Numbered from the stretch's first letter, positions 39,707 to 51,768 are shown. The stretch is 64,000 nucleotides of DNA from Catajapyx aquilonaris (GCA_000934665.2 KZ538177.1:1-64000), one strand, 5' to 3'. The notes: generated by a model not told the origin, from the letters alone. Made by a program: numbers and translations.

Positions 39707-41257
39707 TTGTTCAAGTACGACAATGTTCAAGTAACTGCAGCCTGGAAAAACTCCCAGGAAGAAAGGGTCACTCCCTAGCCTGCATCGCCTTGCCCTGGCA
39801 ACTGATCTGACAACTGACAACCCTGAGTTGCTCGTAGCTGCAGTACGGATATAAGAGGTAACTGCAGACAAGATAACGGACTGGGGTTGAATTGGCAGTA
39901 TGTTGACTATATCGTCAAGTAATAATAATACAGTAATATATAAAATTCACATAGAACACAGGATGGGGCGGGCAGAGGGGAGGGCTTGCTAAAATATCTT
40001 AACCACAAGGATGCTGTAGTTGTCCTTGTTACTATGTGCAGATACAGTGTAGGCTCAAATTGCGCCAAGAACAATGTAAGAACAAAACCATACCGCAAAT
40101 CATCTGACCTGTTATAACATGTAAATGATCTGGACAACAGAAAAATTCTCCAACCAGCGCAGTAATACTTGTCTATCTGGCCGTCAAAAAAAAATCATGA
40201 TGGGGCTAGAGTGTAAATCCTGCTAAGACGCACATTTAAAAAAATATTCTTGGGCTGTGGTTGGCCCAATAATAATTGTATTTAAAGATCATTTCAGTAT
40301 ATTATGGAAATTGGCAGGAGACTGCAATTACATAAAAAAAGTACCTGTACTACAAGGTAACTAAAGGCAATGTCATGGAAAAACTATCCCAGGTTACGAT
40401 GTCATATACTTTCCAGGTGAAATTAATACAAACTGGCAGTTCTTTCCGACTTTTCTTACAGTTTTTTTTGTAAGTAAAATCTTGTCGCATTTTAAACCAA
40501 AACATACTGTGCTACCAAAATCCAGAAGCACACAACCTGCGAAGCTCGGATATTTTCGTCCCACGAGCCACGACCACTGTAGCACTCATAACAACATGCC
40601 ATACACTTATGACGACCTGGACACTTAACGAATTATCCGCTTGGTCGAGTATTACTCTTGCATAAAAGACATTGCCTGAGTTTTTAAACGTAATGGTATT
40701 CATGCAAAGTTGCTGCCAATTGAGCTCCTTATGCATTATTGAAATAGCTATTTGAGGCCCATAATTATCTGCTTGAACATGAATAGCGATTAGTCAATCC
40801 TGCCAAAATTAGAAGTAAGTACAAGGAAAAGAAACGTGGCTCAAAATGACCAGCCACCACAAACCCGTCGTATGTATTCAAAATGTATTTGCCCTGAAGA
40901 CATACGACATATGGCGCCACTGACTCCAAAAACGTCACCCAGAAACATGGCGCCAAGGCGGTGCTTATTTGTTGCTCGACCATAAATTGTTTGGAAGGAT
41001 CATATCAGGAAGCCTACCACGGCCATCCATACTCTTATTTCATTCGTTAATATGTTAGGCACTATTTTTTATATAAAAAAATACCATAACTGTACATTTT
41101 ACCCCAACTTATTAACACAACTAACAGTATAGGGTTGTCTAATGCTCTTATCTGTACTTTTACCATCTTTCAGCTTCCAGTGATCGAAATACAAGGCTCG
41201 TTTAGGACTTATTCTTCACATAACACTGAGGAAATAGGAAGACGACTTCACTCTACT

Positions 41258-41342
41258 TTTTTTATTATATATAATTGACATTAAGGAGCATTGCCTTTCA
41301 AAATCCAAGGATAGGGAAGGAAGGAAGCGGCTGTGGCCTATT
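41258..41342 (-). mobile_element. 5'-truncated SINE sharing the Talua-like core, A-rich tail
   Basis: 13-bp TSD ACTTCACTCTACT at 41245-41257 and 41343-41355. AGGATAGGGA.GGAA(G)GAAGCGGCTGTGGCCTATT is shared with 2666-2700. Confidence 0.8.
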
Positions 41343-42234
41343 ACTTCACTCTACTGTGCTTTTTACTGCACAGCGACGTATAGTCTACCATCTGAAGGCG
41401 TAATCTATGGTCACACTTGAACTATTTCTGCCTATAAGACCTATAAGGATTCCATCAATAATTGCAGAGTGCATGGGACGGACGTTATGTGGCACACCTT
41501 TTTCAAGCACAACTTGCGATTCGCGGATGCATGCTCAATCAGAGCTCATTACACCTGCAAGAAACAGGCTTTTGCATAAGATTTCACACCAAATAAGGTA
41601 TTTCACTAAAGTGTGACTCTGTTTTGTATTTCATATCATTATACTGGTATACATTACCAAATCCAAGACAAAATCACAAACCAATAAATCATTGTTTCTT
41701 CAAAGCTTAGTAATAAATTTCACCGACCTCTTAGCATCGAGACTAGCACATACAGCAATTAACTATTCTCAGGCAGGATTTCTTCCCTTCGTAATCTTTG
41801 ATTGACAGCATTATTTTGCCTCAAATATTCCTAACATAAAAGGGGACGATAGACATCCTCTCAAATAATGGAGCAACGCATGCTTTCCTGCAAATACATT
41901 ATGAAGGTCCTTCAGTCGAACCAGTTCCTGATCCTATTAATGCAAAATGTTAAAACTGGAAAAGCTTGAAGTCAAAAAGGTATTATTTAAAGCATGCTGA
42001 ATGAATTTGGTCTTGAAACTCCTGGGGTAAAGTACAAGTAGGTGACGGAGACGACAGATTTATTCAGCCAGTGAGACGAGTGCACAAGTAACATGTGGTT
42101 ACTGCGCACATGCTGTCAGCTTGGCTCTAAACGAATGCAAATAAATCATATTCGCCAAAAAAGACCTTTATCATATTTATATCATGTACCATTGAAATTG
42201 ATAACAAGGCAGAACATTGACACTGCATTAGTGA

Positions 42235-42500
42235 TTGGTTTGGTTTATTTGGAAGAAGCCAAAGCAACTGTGGCTATCTGGCTGTAAGAAGAAGCAAAGG
42301 TGGGACAGATGGAGGGAGAAACGAAGAGGAAAAAGAAGAGAGGAAAGACTGGCATCTCTCTTAGTCTGTCTCCTATCCCAAAGACCTGTCCGGCTTGGGT
42401 GGCCCTACCAGTAGACGAAGCTACCGCCGGCATAGCTCTTGGGGTCATGGGAGAAACGCAAACCCCACCACCACGATAAGGTGGAGATACCATCGGGGGG
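42235..42500 (-). mobile_element. Full-length non-tRNA SINE with structured RTE-like head (copy A)
   Basis: 266 bp. 12-bp TSD CTGCATTAGTGA at 42223-42234 and 42501-42512. 3' tail TAAACCAAACCAA. One substitution from the copy at 46504. Confidence 0.93.
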
Positions 42501-42902
42501 CTGCATTAGTGAAGTAAAGACACAAAACCTTACTACAACACCTGACTACAATGCAACAAACATGCATGGTAAGTTTTCAAAATAGACATGCACATATTGC
42601 GCAATAACCTTAGCCACAAATCAGTCAGGAAATGATGTCAGTGTACAGCGCCAGATTTCCCATTAACCACAGTAGGCACTTGCCTAAGGGCCGCTTAGGG
42701 GGGATCCGATCCAATGACCACATATCAAACACGGCGCCAGTCTGAGTAAGTCATAATTGTACATGGTTCAAAATATTGTTGTCTGTCTTCATGAAGCGGA
42801 AGCATGGGAGGGCCACAACTTCTCCAATCCCCATGTATAAGCATTTTTCACCAGATAAGCCAGTTAATTTTTTTACTCCTTAAGTTATTCAATAGACCAA
42901 CT

Positions 42903-43243
42903 TTTATATTAGATATGTATATAAGGGGGCTTACCCGGCATAGCCATTTTTATCAGAATAAACATGGATAGCCAAAGTTGGCTAATAAGCTGAATACTGT
43001 GTGGCAGGTGTGGCAACACTAATATATCTAATATGTATCAATGTGTCAATAGTAAGGTAATGGCTATAATAGCGCTAGCCGCTGGGTGATTTCAACAACA
43101 TGCAAAATATCATATGGCCAATAGATGGCGCAGGTGGTCGTGTGGTCGTAGGTGGTCCTCCGTTGTCATTCTCCCTCCCCCTCCAGGGCGCACAGGTGCA
43201 CAGGGGCTGCTCTAGCGCATCGGTTAGCGCGCTGGCCTGTAGA
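42903..43243. mobile_element. Unclassified 341-bp insertion ending in a tRNA-like 5' half
   Basis: Flanked by the 14-bp direct repeat TCAATAGACCAACT (42889-42902 and 43244-43257). The paralogous site near 36845 is empty. GGGGCTGCTCTAGCGCATCGGTTAGCGCGCTGG at 43203-43235. Confidence 0.65.
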
Positions 43244-46200
43244 TCAATAGACCAACTATTATTATCAATTAATTGATGAAAACTTCATAATCGAAACATA
43301 CATTTTTGGTCTCATCATTACCTTTTCCCTTTAAAAAAAAAAAAAAAAAAACTGGGGACATTCTTATGCCTCTCTTGTATCAGTTACATAGCATTATCGC
43401 AATTACATATCCAGTAGAGTAATACTGAAGCTTTTATACAAACCAATATAGCCGTGCTTCATATTATACCGGGACGAACTGCTTGAAATCGTTTCTATAC
43501 TTAAGAGTTATTTAGTTAGTGGCATCCTTTTGCTGCCCACTATAGATAACTTTTCAACGACACCCTGCTAGGCGAGTATAATTTATTATACTACGCATGA
43601 GTATGTATGATGCCGGCGGTATATTCACGAACGTGCCATACCTGCATTGTGTAATTAGATGTACAATATACTGTATTCAAAACTAGGAGGCATCCAGCAG
43701 TACCACCTACAAATGGAGAACGAACCTCATCTTCCGGAGGAAGGCCTCCCAAGTGGCACAGTGTATGACAAAGTCACTGGCTTATAATTAGACAAAAATG
43801 TAACTTGCAGTACATGAAAGTTGTTGTATTTCAATGGCTCACCATGTTAGTTTGTGGTCCATAAATAGGAAGACCAGGTAAATAAGCAGTGACATATTAC
43901 ATTACCTCAACTATACACATTTATGGATGTGCAAGAATTATCATGTGAGATATAAGGGAAAAAGTGTAGGAGGGATGGAGAGAGTGCAGGGCTCCCCCAA
44001 ATATAAGGACATCCGTATCTGTACAGTATGTGACAAGAAATTCGCCTGATGACATTCTGAAAAGTCCAGAATCATCTTGTGTCGAGGTGCACTGTTGATG
44101 AGAGAGTCTGTAGTCAGGAACCAATATTTTCTGAAGCATAATAATAATGATTATCACGAGAGATGATTCGGATACCCATCAGCCGCGGAGGAAGAGTTCA
44201 TGACCACAGAAGACCCAGTTCCTCTTCAAATACCAGCCGATTATAAACAAGTAACCAACTTCCAAGTATGATAAGACTAAAATCTCCGTAAAATAAAGTA
44301 ATCACTCGCTTCCGACAATTCTGAACAGTAGGAAAATGGCCAAAAGTATTCTAAAAGCATGAATGCATTTCTTATTCGTTTCTTTATTCAAATTATATTG
44401 AATTGTGTTTAGTGATCGGGTGTTACGTCTCATCGTTTTGAGAGGAAAACAGTCATTGTTTAAAGACTCATGTGGATCATATTGGCTCGCAAATTCGATT
44501 TCATAAACAGCAACATATGTGATGAACCCCATAAATCCTATAGTCTACTCACTCATTTAAATACTGTGTCAAAAAAGGTTTTTCTCTCCTTGGAGGTAGA
44601 ACATCTAAACGTGGCATTATGTAAGAAACCCTTAAAGAAACTCCGTTAAAGAGTGCATACCTAATTGCACTGAAAGCTTGGCTGGTATGTAAGGCAACTT
44701 AGGTTACCGGACGAAAGTATGAAATCTGACAACCATACCCAGTGATAACCTGCACAGCGTAGCCAGAAATTAAAGCCTTATTGTACAGTACATTATATCT
44801 GACTTGTGTACTATTTTTTTTTCAGACAGCTGTAGGGTTTAAACCTGTACTTCCCATTACTTGCAATGACAGTATACAGGTATTCCTAGCCAATAGCTCC
44901 AGTATATATTCTAGCTATTGGCTTATTGTAAGTAATGAGGAACCTGGCTAAATTTCTGCGCAAAATATCTTACTCATAAAGAAGGTAAATATTTTAATAC
45001 TGTGAACACCATAACCACCATCATAATACAAAGGGAGAATGAAGTTAAGACCTATTGTTGTGCCTGTAGAAACATGTTTTCGCTTTTGGTCTTCTGTTGT
45101 GGCACGTCGGACATGGGACGTCGGACTTGAAGGTACTGCAACACTTGGAAATTGTACATAAAACATGGTCAGAAGGAGATATCAGAATTGGGTCTGAGTT
45201 TGAAATCTAGTCATTATAATGACTTCCATAAGTGTTCACAAATATATTTCAAGACACTACTCTGTAGTTACTTTCGGCTGCATGTACAGAGTGATTCAAT
45301 AGCTATACAGTAATTAATGGAGCATGAAATAATTATGATTAGCATTCGTGAGTAGCAGATGGTAACACCAGAAGGACACTACTTCTACAATTCAAAAATA
45401 TTGGTCACACTTCAATCATTTCTAGACAGGACGTGAGGGTTCAGAGTGTGATGATTCCATGGTGCAAATAGGCCAAATAGGCCCATGTACCAAACCAGGT
45501 GCATAGGCAAATATTTTTCAAGCATACAATTTGACTGCTGTGGCTGCTCCATCAGAGAGTTAATTAAACCCAAACAAATAAGTTTATCCATAACACTATG
45601 TTTTGCAATGAATAAGACAATTTCCACTAAAACTTATCTCTCTGTTGCATTTCAGATCACTTCACAAATCACATTCCACTAATCACAAACAACAACAAGC
45701 ACAATATTATTTATCGCTTTATTTTCATATCAGAGTAAATTGTTCCATTCTGTATGCTAAATTGTTGGTTGCCAGTTTTCTCCACTAGCAGGTTGGATGA
45801 AGTTGCAATAGATGCGATTAATGCAGCATGATTATGTTCAAAGTAAAATATAAATGCCTCACCGTGTACTGCGCAGCTCACCCCAGTCTGCTTGCAACTG
45901 CCTCTCCTCTCAGGCAAAGAAAATCGCCTTTGTGACACAGCCTAAGACGGATATCTTCTCATAGCTATTACAGATGTTGTGTACAAGCTGGTAATTTGAA
46001 ATTGCCTATGACGATGGGAAAGTCACACATTTTTCAAGGACCAGATCACCATCAGGAGTGCTTCAGTACATGATGGCGTATCTGTGAACCAACTGGGTAT
46101 CAAGGTAGTGGGAGTGTACCATCTTTTGGCAATGGATGATGACCAGGAAGCCTCCACAAGATGTATCTGATAATTAGCTATTATTTACAAAGCCCTAACA

Positions 46201-46503
46201 GGACTAACAGCAAGTCACCAATGATGGTATATAATCAGGCTACGTTATATGCCCTAGGACATCGCTGGCTATACCCCATTTAATATGGGACAACGCCGTG
46301 ATGTACAATCAATCAATCAGTCTATCTGTGCTCATTGCACTGTGGATATAAGTAGATGCAGACATGATTGTGGCCCATGCAAATTGACAACTATTCATCA
46401 TTCATTATGGGCGACATCAAGGCGACATCAATTTTTACAGCTGAGAAGACAGCATGGTGTCCATCATGCAGAGCACCTCTAGACATCATTCTGGACCTCC
46501 AGT

Positions 46504-46769
46504 TTGGTTTGGTTTATTTGGAAGAAGCCAAAGCAACTGTGGCTATCTGGCTGTAAGAAGAAGCAAAGGTGGGACAGATGGAGGGAGAAACGAAGAGGAA
46601 AAAGAAGAGAGGAAAGACTGGCATCCCTCTTAGTCTGTCTCCTATCCCAAAGACCTGTCCGGCTTGGGTGGCCCTACCAGTAGACGAAGCTACCGCCGGC
46701 ATAGCTCTTGGGGTCATGGGAGAAACGCAAACCCCACCACCACGATAAGGTGGAGATACCATCGGGGGG
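46504..46769 (-). mobile_element. Full-length non-tRNA SINE with structured RTE-like head (copy B)
   Basis: 266 bp. 12-bp TSD TGGACCTCCAGT at 46492-46503 and 46770-46781. Same 5' end (CCCCCCGATGG) as copy A. Confidence 0.93.
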
Positions 46770-49724
46770 TGGACCTCCAGTCACTGTCATCAGTTTGAAT
46801 TTCTTGCTTCAATGGGTTGAGCTGCAGTGGACGAACAGCTGAACTTGGCCAAGTCTTATAGTCATGCAGCTAGAAGTGAGTCGAAGAGTCTGCCGATCCC
46901 AAGCACATTCATATTAAACCATATCCCATTTAAAATGTCAGCAGCTCCAGGAATTTTCCAAACATGTATTAACTCTCTTTTGGAAGCATTGAAAAGCATT
47001 GCATAACCAGGTTAATAAGATTGCTTCAATGACTACAGTCTGCAGGTTTGCATCTGAAGGAGGAGGAATGTGGACCCTATGAATCCACTGTAGAGCAATA
47101 CTTAGGTTTCCAGGTGGACTCCGATGAAATTCATGCAAATTAGAAGACCGCAAAACGGCACAAACCCCAAGTGCCTACAAACCAGGAAGAAACTGAGCTA
47201 CAGTTCTCCGTAAACCACAAACGAGTATTCTTGGAGTTATCCTTGTCTGCTACAGTGATAAACTGCAAAGACGAAGGGAAAAACCATTTTCATATGACAG
47301 GAAAGGGACTATGGGTCCTTTGCCTGGACCACATAATATACAGATCAATTTACTTCCAGTTTGCTAAGGACTTTCTTACATTGAACAATGGTCTTGGCCC
47401 ACAGTTATCTGATAAAGCTGGTCAGAATGAATACACTTTGTAGGCTAAACTGACATGGTACCATCCTATATTGCCGAGTAAATATCACACAATATTGCTG
47501 TTGCTTTGGATTATTTTGAATAACAGTTCCAGGAACTGTCGATAAAACGTTGATGGCACAAAAGTACCCTGATTGTGAGCAATACTGAGACAACCATCAG
47601 GGAGCAACACACCAAAATGAGTTCAGGTGATATGTTATACTTGCAATAATTAATTGTAACGTACACAGGTATATCATCTAGTCAAGCTCTACCTTTGTCA
47701 AGCCTCATACTTATATATCATATTTTGTGTAATAATGGTACAATAGTCAAATCACCATTGATGACTTCATTTCCCAATAAATTTATTTGTCATTACAGAG
47801 TTTCCATAGGTAGACGTTTGTTTGGATGGGACGGAGCCAAAACTACAAGTACCTGGCTATGAGAAGGTTGAAAGATTATGGAAAACATCCAGACAAACTA
47901 AGAGAATAAAGAAGAGAGGAAAGTCTTCTGTCCCACCTCGTCTCCCTCAACACACAGCTTTGCTGCTTTTTCAAAGATTGCTGCAAGGCAGTTTCTCTGT
48001 CGTCTCGTTTAGTCATTTAATTTTAATTTGGTTAAAAAAAACGTGCTAAGGTTTTCCTCCTGAAGAAGGTTTTTAGTCAATTCTTTGGTTGTGTAAAGAG
48101 AAAAAGAGTCGGAATCCGACATTATTTATGTCTTTCATTAGGTTGAGTATAAAAGTCGTAATACGACATTGTTGATGTCCATCATCAGATTATTGTGAAA
48201 GTCGCAAGACTTTTGAATAATATTATGAACAATTTGTCAAGCTTTGTCGCGCGTCGGAGCAATTCGGTGTAAATTTTGAATTTCAAGCGTCGCGCGATCT
48301 AGGTGGCGTTGACCAATCTCAGCTTTATTTTGCACTTAGGGTGTTTTTTCTTCTTCTTTCTTTTCTCTTAAGGCAAGTTCACTCCAAGTCTCTCGTCTTA
48401 GTTATGCAGTTTTCAGAAAATGTTAAGTATAAGTTAAGTAATAAGTGAGCACATGTTGTTAGTGATAAGGAAACAATTTTTGGAAATAGTGTAACAATGG
48501 ACAAATCTTGGACCGGTGTGTGAAGTGAAGTGAAAGTGACAATCTCACTTTGAACAACAACAACAAAACAAAGCCTGTGATGGCGGTGCTGCCAGTGACA
48601 TTTTGCAGCATTTGCTGGAAAGGGGGTGAACTCTCTTGTGGGGGGAACTCAAAAGTGTGGAGTCTGTTCCAATGGGTACCTTAGTATGATTTTAGGCTCC
48701 TTTGCCCAGTGTATCCGGAGGTTGATTGGCGGGGCTTGGTTGGTGCCGAGGTGGTGGCCTTTGACCGGTGGGGTTGAGATCCTCAAAGCTGTGGGGATTC
48801 TCTGGTTGTTTTTGGAACCTAATTGATTCTATGGGATTGGTTACATTTACACCTACTCTTGTTGCAATGTATAATTGAGCGATTGTTGGGAGTAATGTAA
48901 TTTGGCTGTCTCAGGTTATGAGTACATTGAATCCTCTGTGAACTGCGCACTGATGTAATCTGAGATTTAGCTGATGACACACTCTTTCACTACAGGCTTT
49001 GCTAATTGGTAATGGTTGCACTGTGAAGCAACAAGAGGTTTTGTAATTGTTGGTTCTCCAGCACAGTGGAGAACCATAGTTGAAATTTTTTGGATATCTT
49101 GCCTGAGATGGCAGGCTCATCAGCTGACATTCCATAAACTCCTGTAATCACGGCAGGTATGGATTACGCGAGGGTCTGGAGTGTGGGAAAAATTTAATGA
49201 TGAATGGAGTATTGGTTGATGAATTAATTGGTACTCGTTCTACCATGGGTTATTCGGAACTAAGCTGGTGAGTCACAACGGGTGGTTTATTTTTGTGGAT
49301 TTTTTTTTTAAATGCTTGCACACTGGGGATGGGTTGGTTTACTACTGTAGCGTGCTGCAGTGGATAACCATGTAAGAATTTTGGCTCGGGAGAATAATAA
49401 TTTGATTTTAAAGAAATCTGTCTCGACTACATTTTTTTCCGGGTTTGCTCACTTCATCCCACTTTGGGGGACACGCCCCTTCGGATTGTTTTCGCAGTCC
49501 GGAGGCCCTCACACTTGGCTGACCTTGCCAGTATACCAGCTACCACCATAATTTTACCTCTCGGGATTTGCATAGCACAGAGACCCTCACCAACACAATA
49601 TGGAAAGATCAGTGATCATGGAGAGGGCCATTTGGCATTTGATGTCATTAACAGACGATCATAAATATTTTTGTTTATTATAAACTGCCTTTGACATGTA
49701 TTATTAAATAGAATACCAAAAATA

Positions 49725-50147
49725 AGGGAGACGGAGTGGCGCCGCAGTAACGCGTGCGCCCACGGAAGTTAAGGTCCCGGGTTCAATCCCCACCCGGGGT
49801 TCCCACCTTCTTTCGTGCAGAGTTGGGCCATCTCTGGCTTCGTTTCGGGTGGGAATTTCCGCTAGACTAACCCACCCGGGGGAGTTCACAAAATGACCAT
49901 ATAACGAATTGGAGGCCTTTATGCACAAAGGAACCAGGTGTAATGTGACTCACATTACACCTGGTTCCTTTGTGCATAAAGGCCTCCAATTGCACTTGCA
50001 CTTTGCACATCCCCTCCTAATTACCCTTGGAGCAATTAAAATACGTGTATATATATATATATGTATCGCTCCCAAAACCTCCCATAGAAATGGCCTCTCG
50101 GCCAGATAATGGGGTACAACTAAAATAAAAATAAATAAAATAAAAAA
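49725..50147 (+). mobile_element. tRNA-derived SINE with embedded palindrome and A-rich tail
   Basis: A-box-like TGGCGCCGCAG and B-box GGTTCAATCCC. 3' stem-loop TGGCC-TCTC-GGCCA and a (TAAAA)n tail. TSD ACCAAAAATA at 49715-49724 and 50148-50157. Confidence 0.88.
49907..49991. repeat. Perfect palindrome, 42-bp arms, 1-nt centre
   Basis: AATTGGAGGCCTTTATGCACAAAGGAACCAGGTGTAATGTGA-C-reverse complement. Confidence 0.95.
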
Positions 50148-51768
50148 ACCAAAAATATTCCTTCTGCGGGCATTACAGAGCGTGCATTTCATGGAAGCCA
50201 AATATGTGTGCGTACAGCCCATTCTTGGCGCTGACTATAGGTTAGCTTATTATTATGTATTGCAGGTGTATTAATCAAGTGCTGCAGATGATGCTGTACA
50301 GTCACATGATATCTTATCTGCATGGACCAGTGCTTGATGGTATTCCTAGTAAAAACCTGCTGCTAACTTTATATGTTCTTAACTAATGACTCATATCAAA
50401 GTAATCAAGACAATTAACAAAGCATTCCAACAACACCCACTTCAGGATTATGTGAACTAACCAAGATAGAATCATATGTAAAAGCCAATGTATTATGCAT
50501 ATTGCTCAATTGCACAATGACTAACTGAGACTGTAAGCGACCATTCATAGAATTCTAGTCAACCAAAAAATGGACCAGATAATGAAGGCATATTTAGGTC
50601 TGTTTAACGTCAGTGTCCCTGAGAATGGGAGTAATTTTGGCAGTGGAAGCTGCCCAAGATGTGCACAAAAGAAAGGGGATGGAGTGGCCTTCAAGGAGAA
50701 TGGCAATTCATTTTTCAGGAATTATTTGTCTTAAGTCTGTAGTGTCATGCTATCACTTTTCCAAGTAGTATCTTGCCAGCAACTGCTGAACTGTGGCCTT
50801 CCTTATGGATAAATATTGCAATTCCAATCTGGATAATCATGTCTTATTGATAGCAACATGCATCACCAAAAAACAAATTGAAACATAGCACGTTTCTCGG
50901 TAATTGCAGATTATGATTTACAGATGGACTGCTCTTTAGTCTTGTTTTTATTCCCATTGATTGATATTTTGAGCAAGTTCAAAATATTTTAGCAAACCAA
51001 TGAAGCTTTGAGATAGCACCATGATTGCAGTATAATTTGTGTGACTAATATTGGAAACTCCTCTCTGACTCTTCAAAATGTTAATACAAGTATGCCCGCT
51101 CTAAGAAGATTCATTTTCATCATGTTTCACACTAAACACCCTTTCAAACTCACCTTTAAAAATGAACAAAATGGAACTAATATTCCCAAATAATAAAGGC
51201 AATGCTGTGACATCTCTGAGTTCAAACACACCATAGTCTGGGCTTTTTTGGTTTTTTGTGGTTTATAGTGTAAACTGCAATGGTCTACAAATAAGTACAG
51301 TCGCACTCATGGGCCAGTTGATTTAACAAGCAGCGAGTACACCGACCATGTACGTGGACATCTGCCTTGGCCGTTGAGCAATGACGACCTAGCAGAGTTA
51401 GAAGAAGCAGCGAACCAGACAGCAGTGGAAGAAGCAGCAGCTAATTAGACGGCAGAAAAAAAATGCAGCGGAAGAAGAAGCTGGACTGGTAGCAGAAAAA
51501 AGAAGCTGCTAAAAGAAGCTGTTGACCCGTTTGGGGTCAACACTCTTTTGTGTATCAGATTCACCTTGGTTATCGTTGCCGAGACCCCTGTGTTACCCAC
51601 GTTACAGTACACAAACCGAGGTATAAATAAATAAGGAGACCGTGCCTTGCGCCAGTCAGTCAGTGGCCAGGAGTCAAAGAGGAAGGTTCTCTGAACAGGG
51701 AGCTCTCCCCCGAGACTTGACGGCTACTGATCCACTTGCCACTCCGTATTGAAACAGAACACAAATTT

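Noticed and set aside
42245..42493. Duplicated 82-aa ORF (also 46514-46762)
   Set aside because: It lies wholly within the SINE, the diverged copy at 51769 does not keep the same start or frame, and it has no protein motif.
42440..42500. HDV-like ribozyme in the SINE head
   Set aside because: The UUAUCGU loop resembles L3, but I could not build a G1-initiated P1, P1.1 or J4/2 C-x-A-A.
49726..49805. Functional tRNA genes (also 2770-2846 and 43203-43240)
   Set aside because: A/B boxes are present, but there is no proper cloverleaf or acceptor stem and each sits inside a TSD-flanked insertion.
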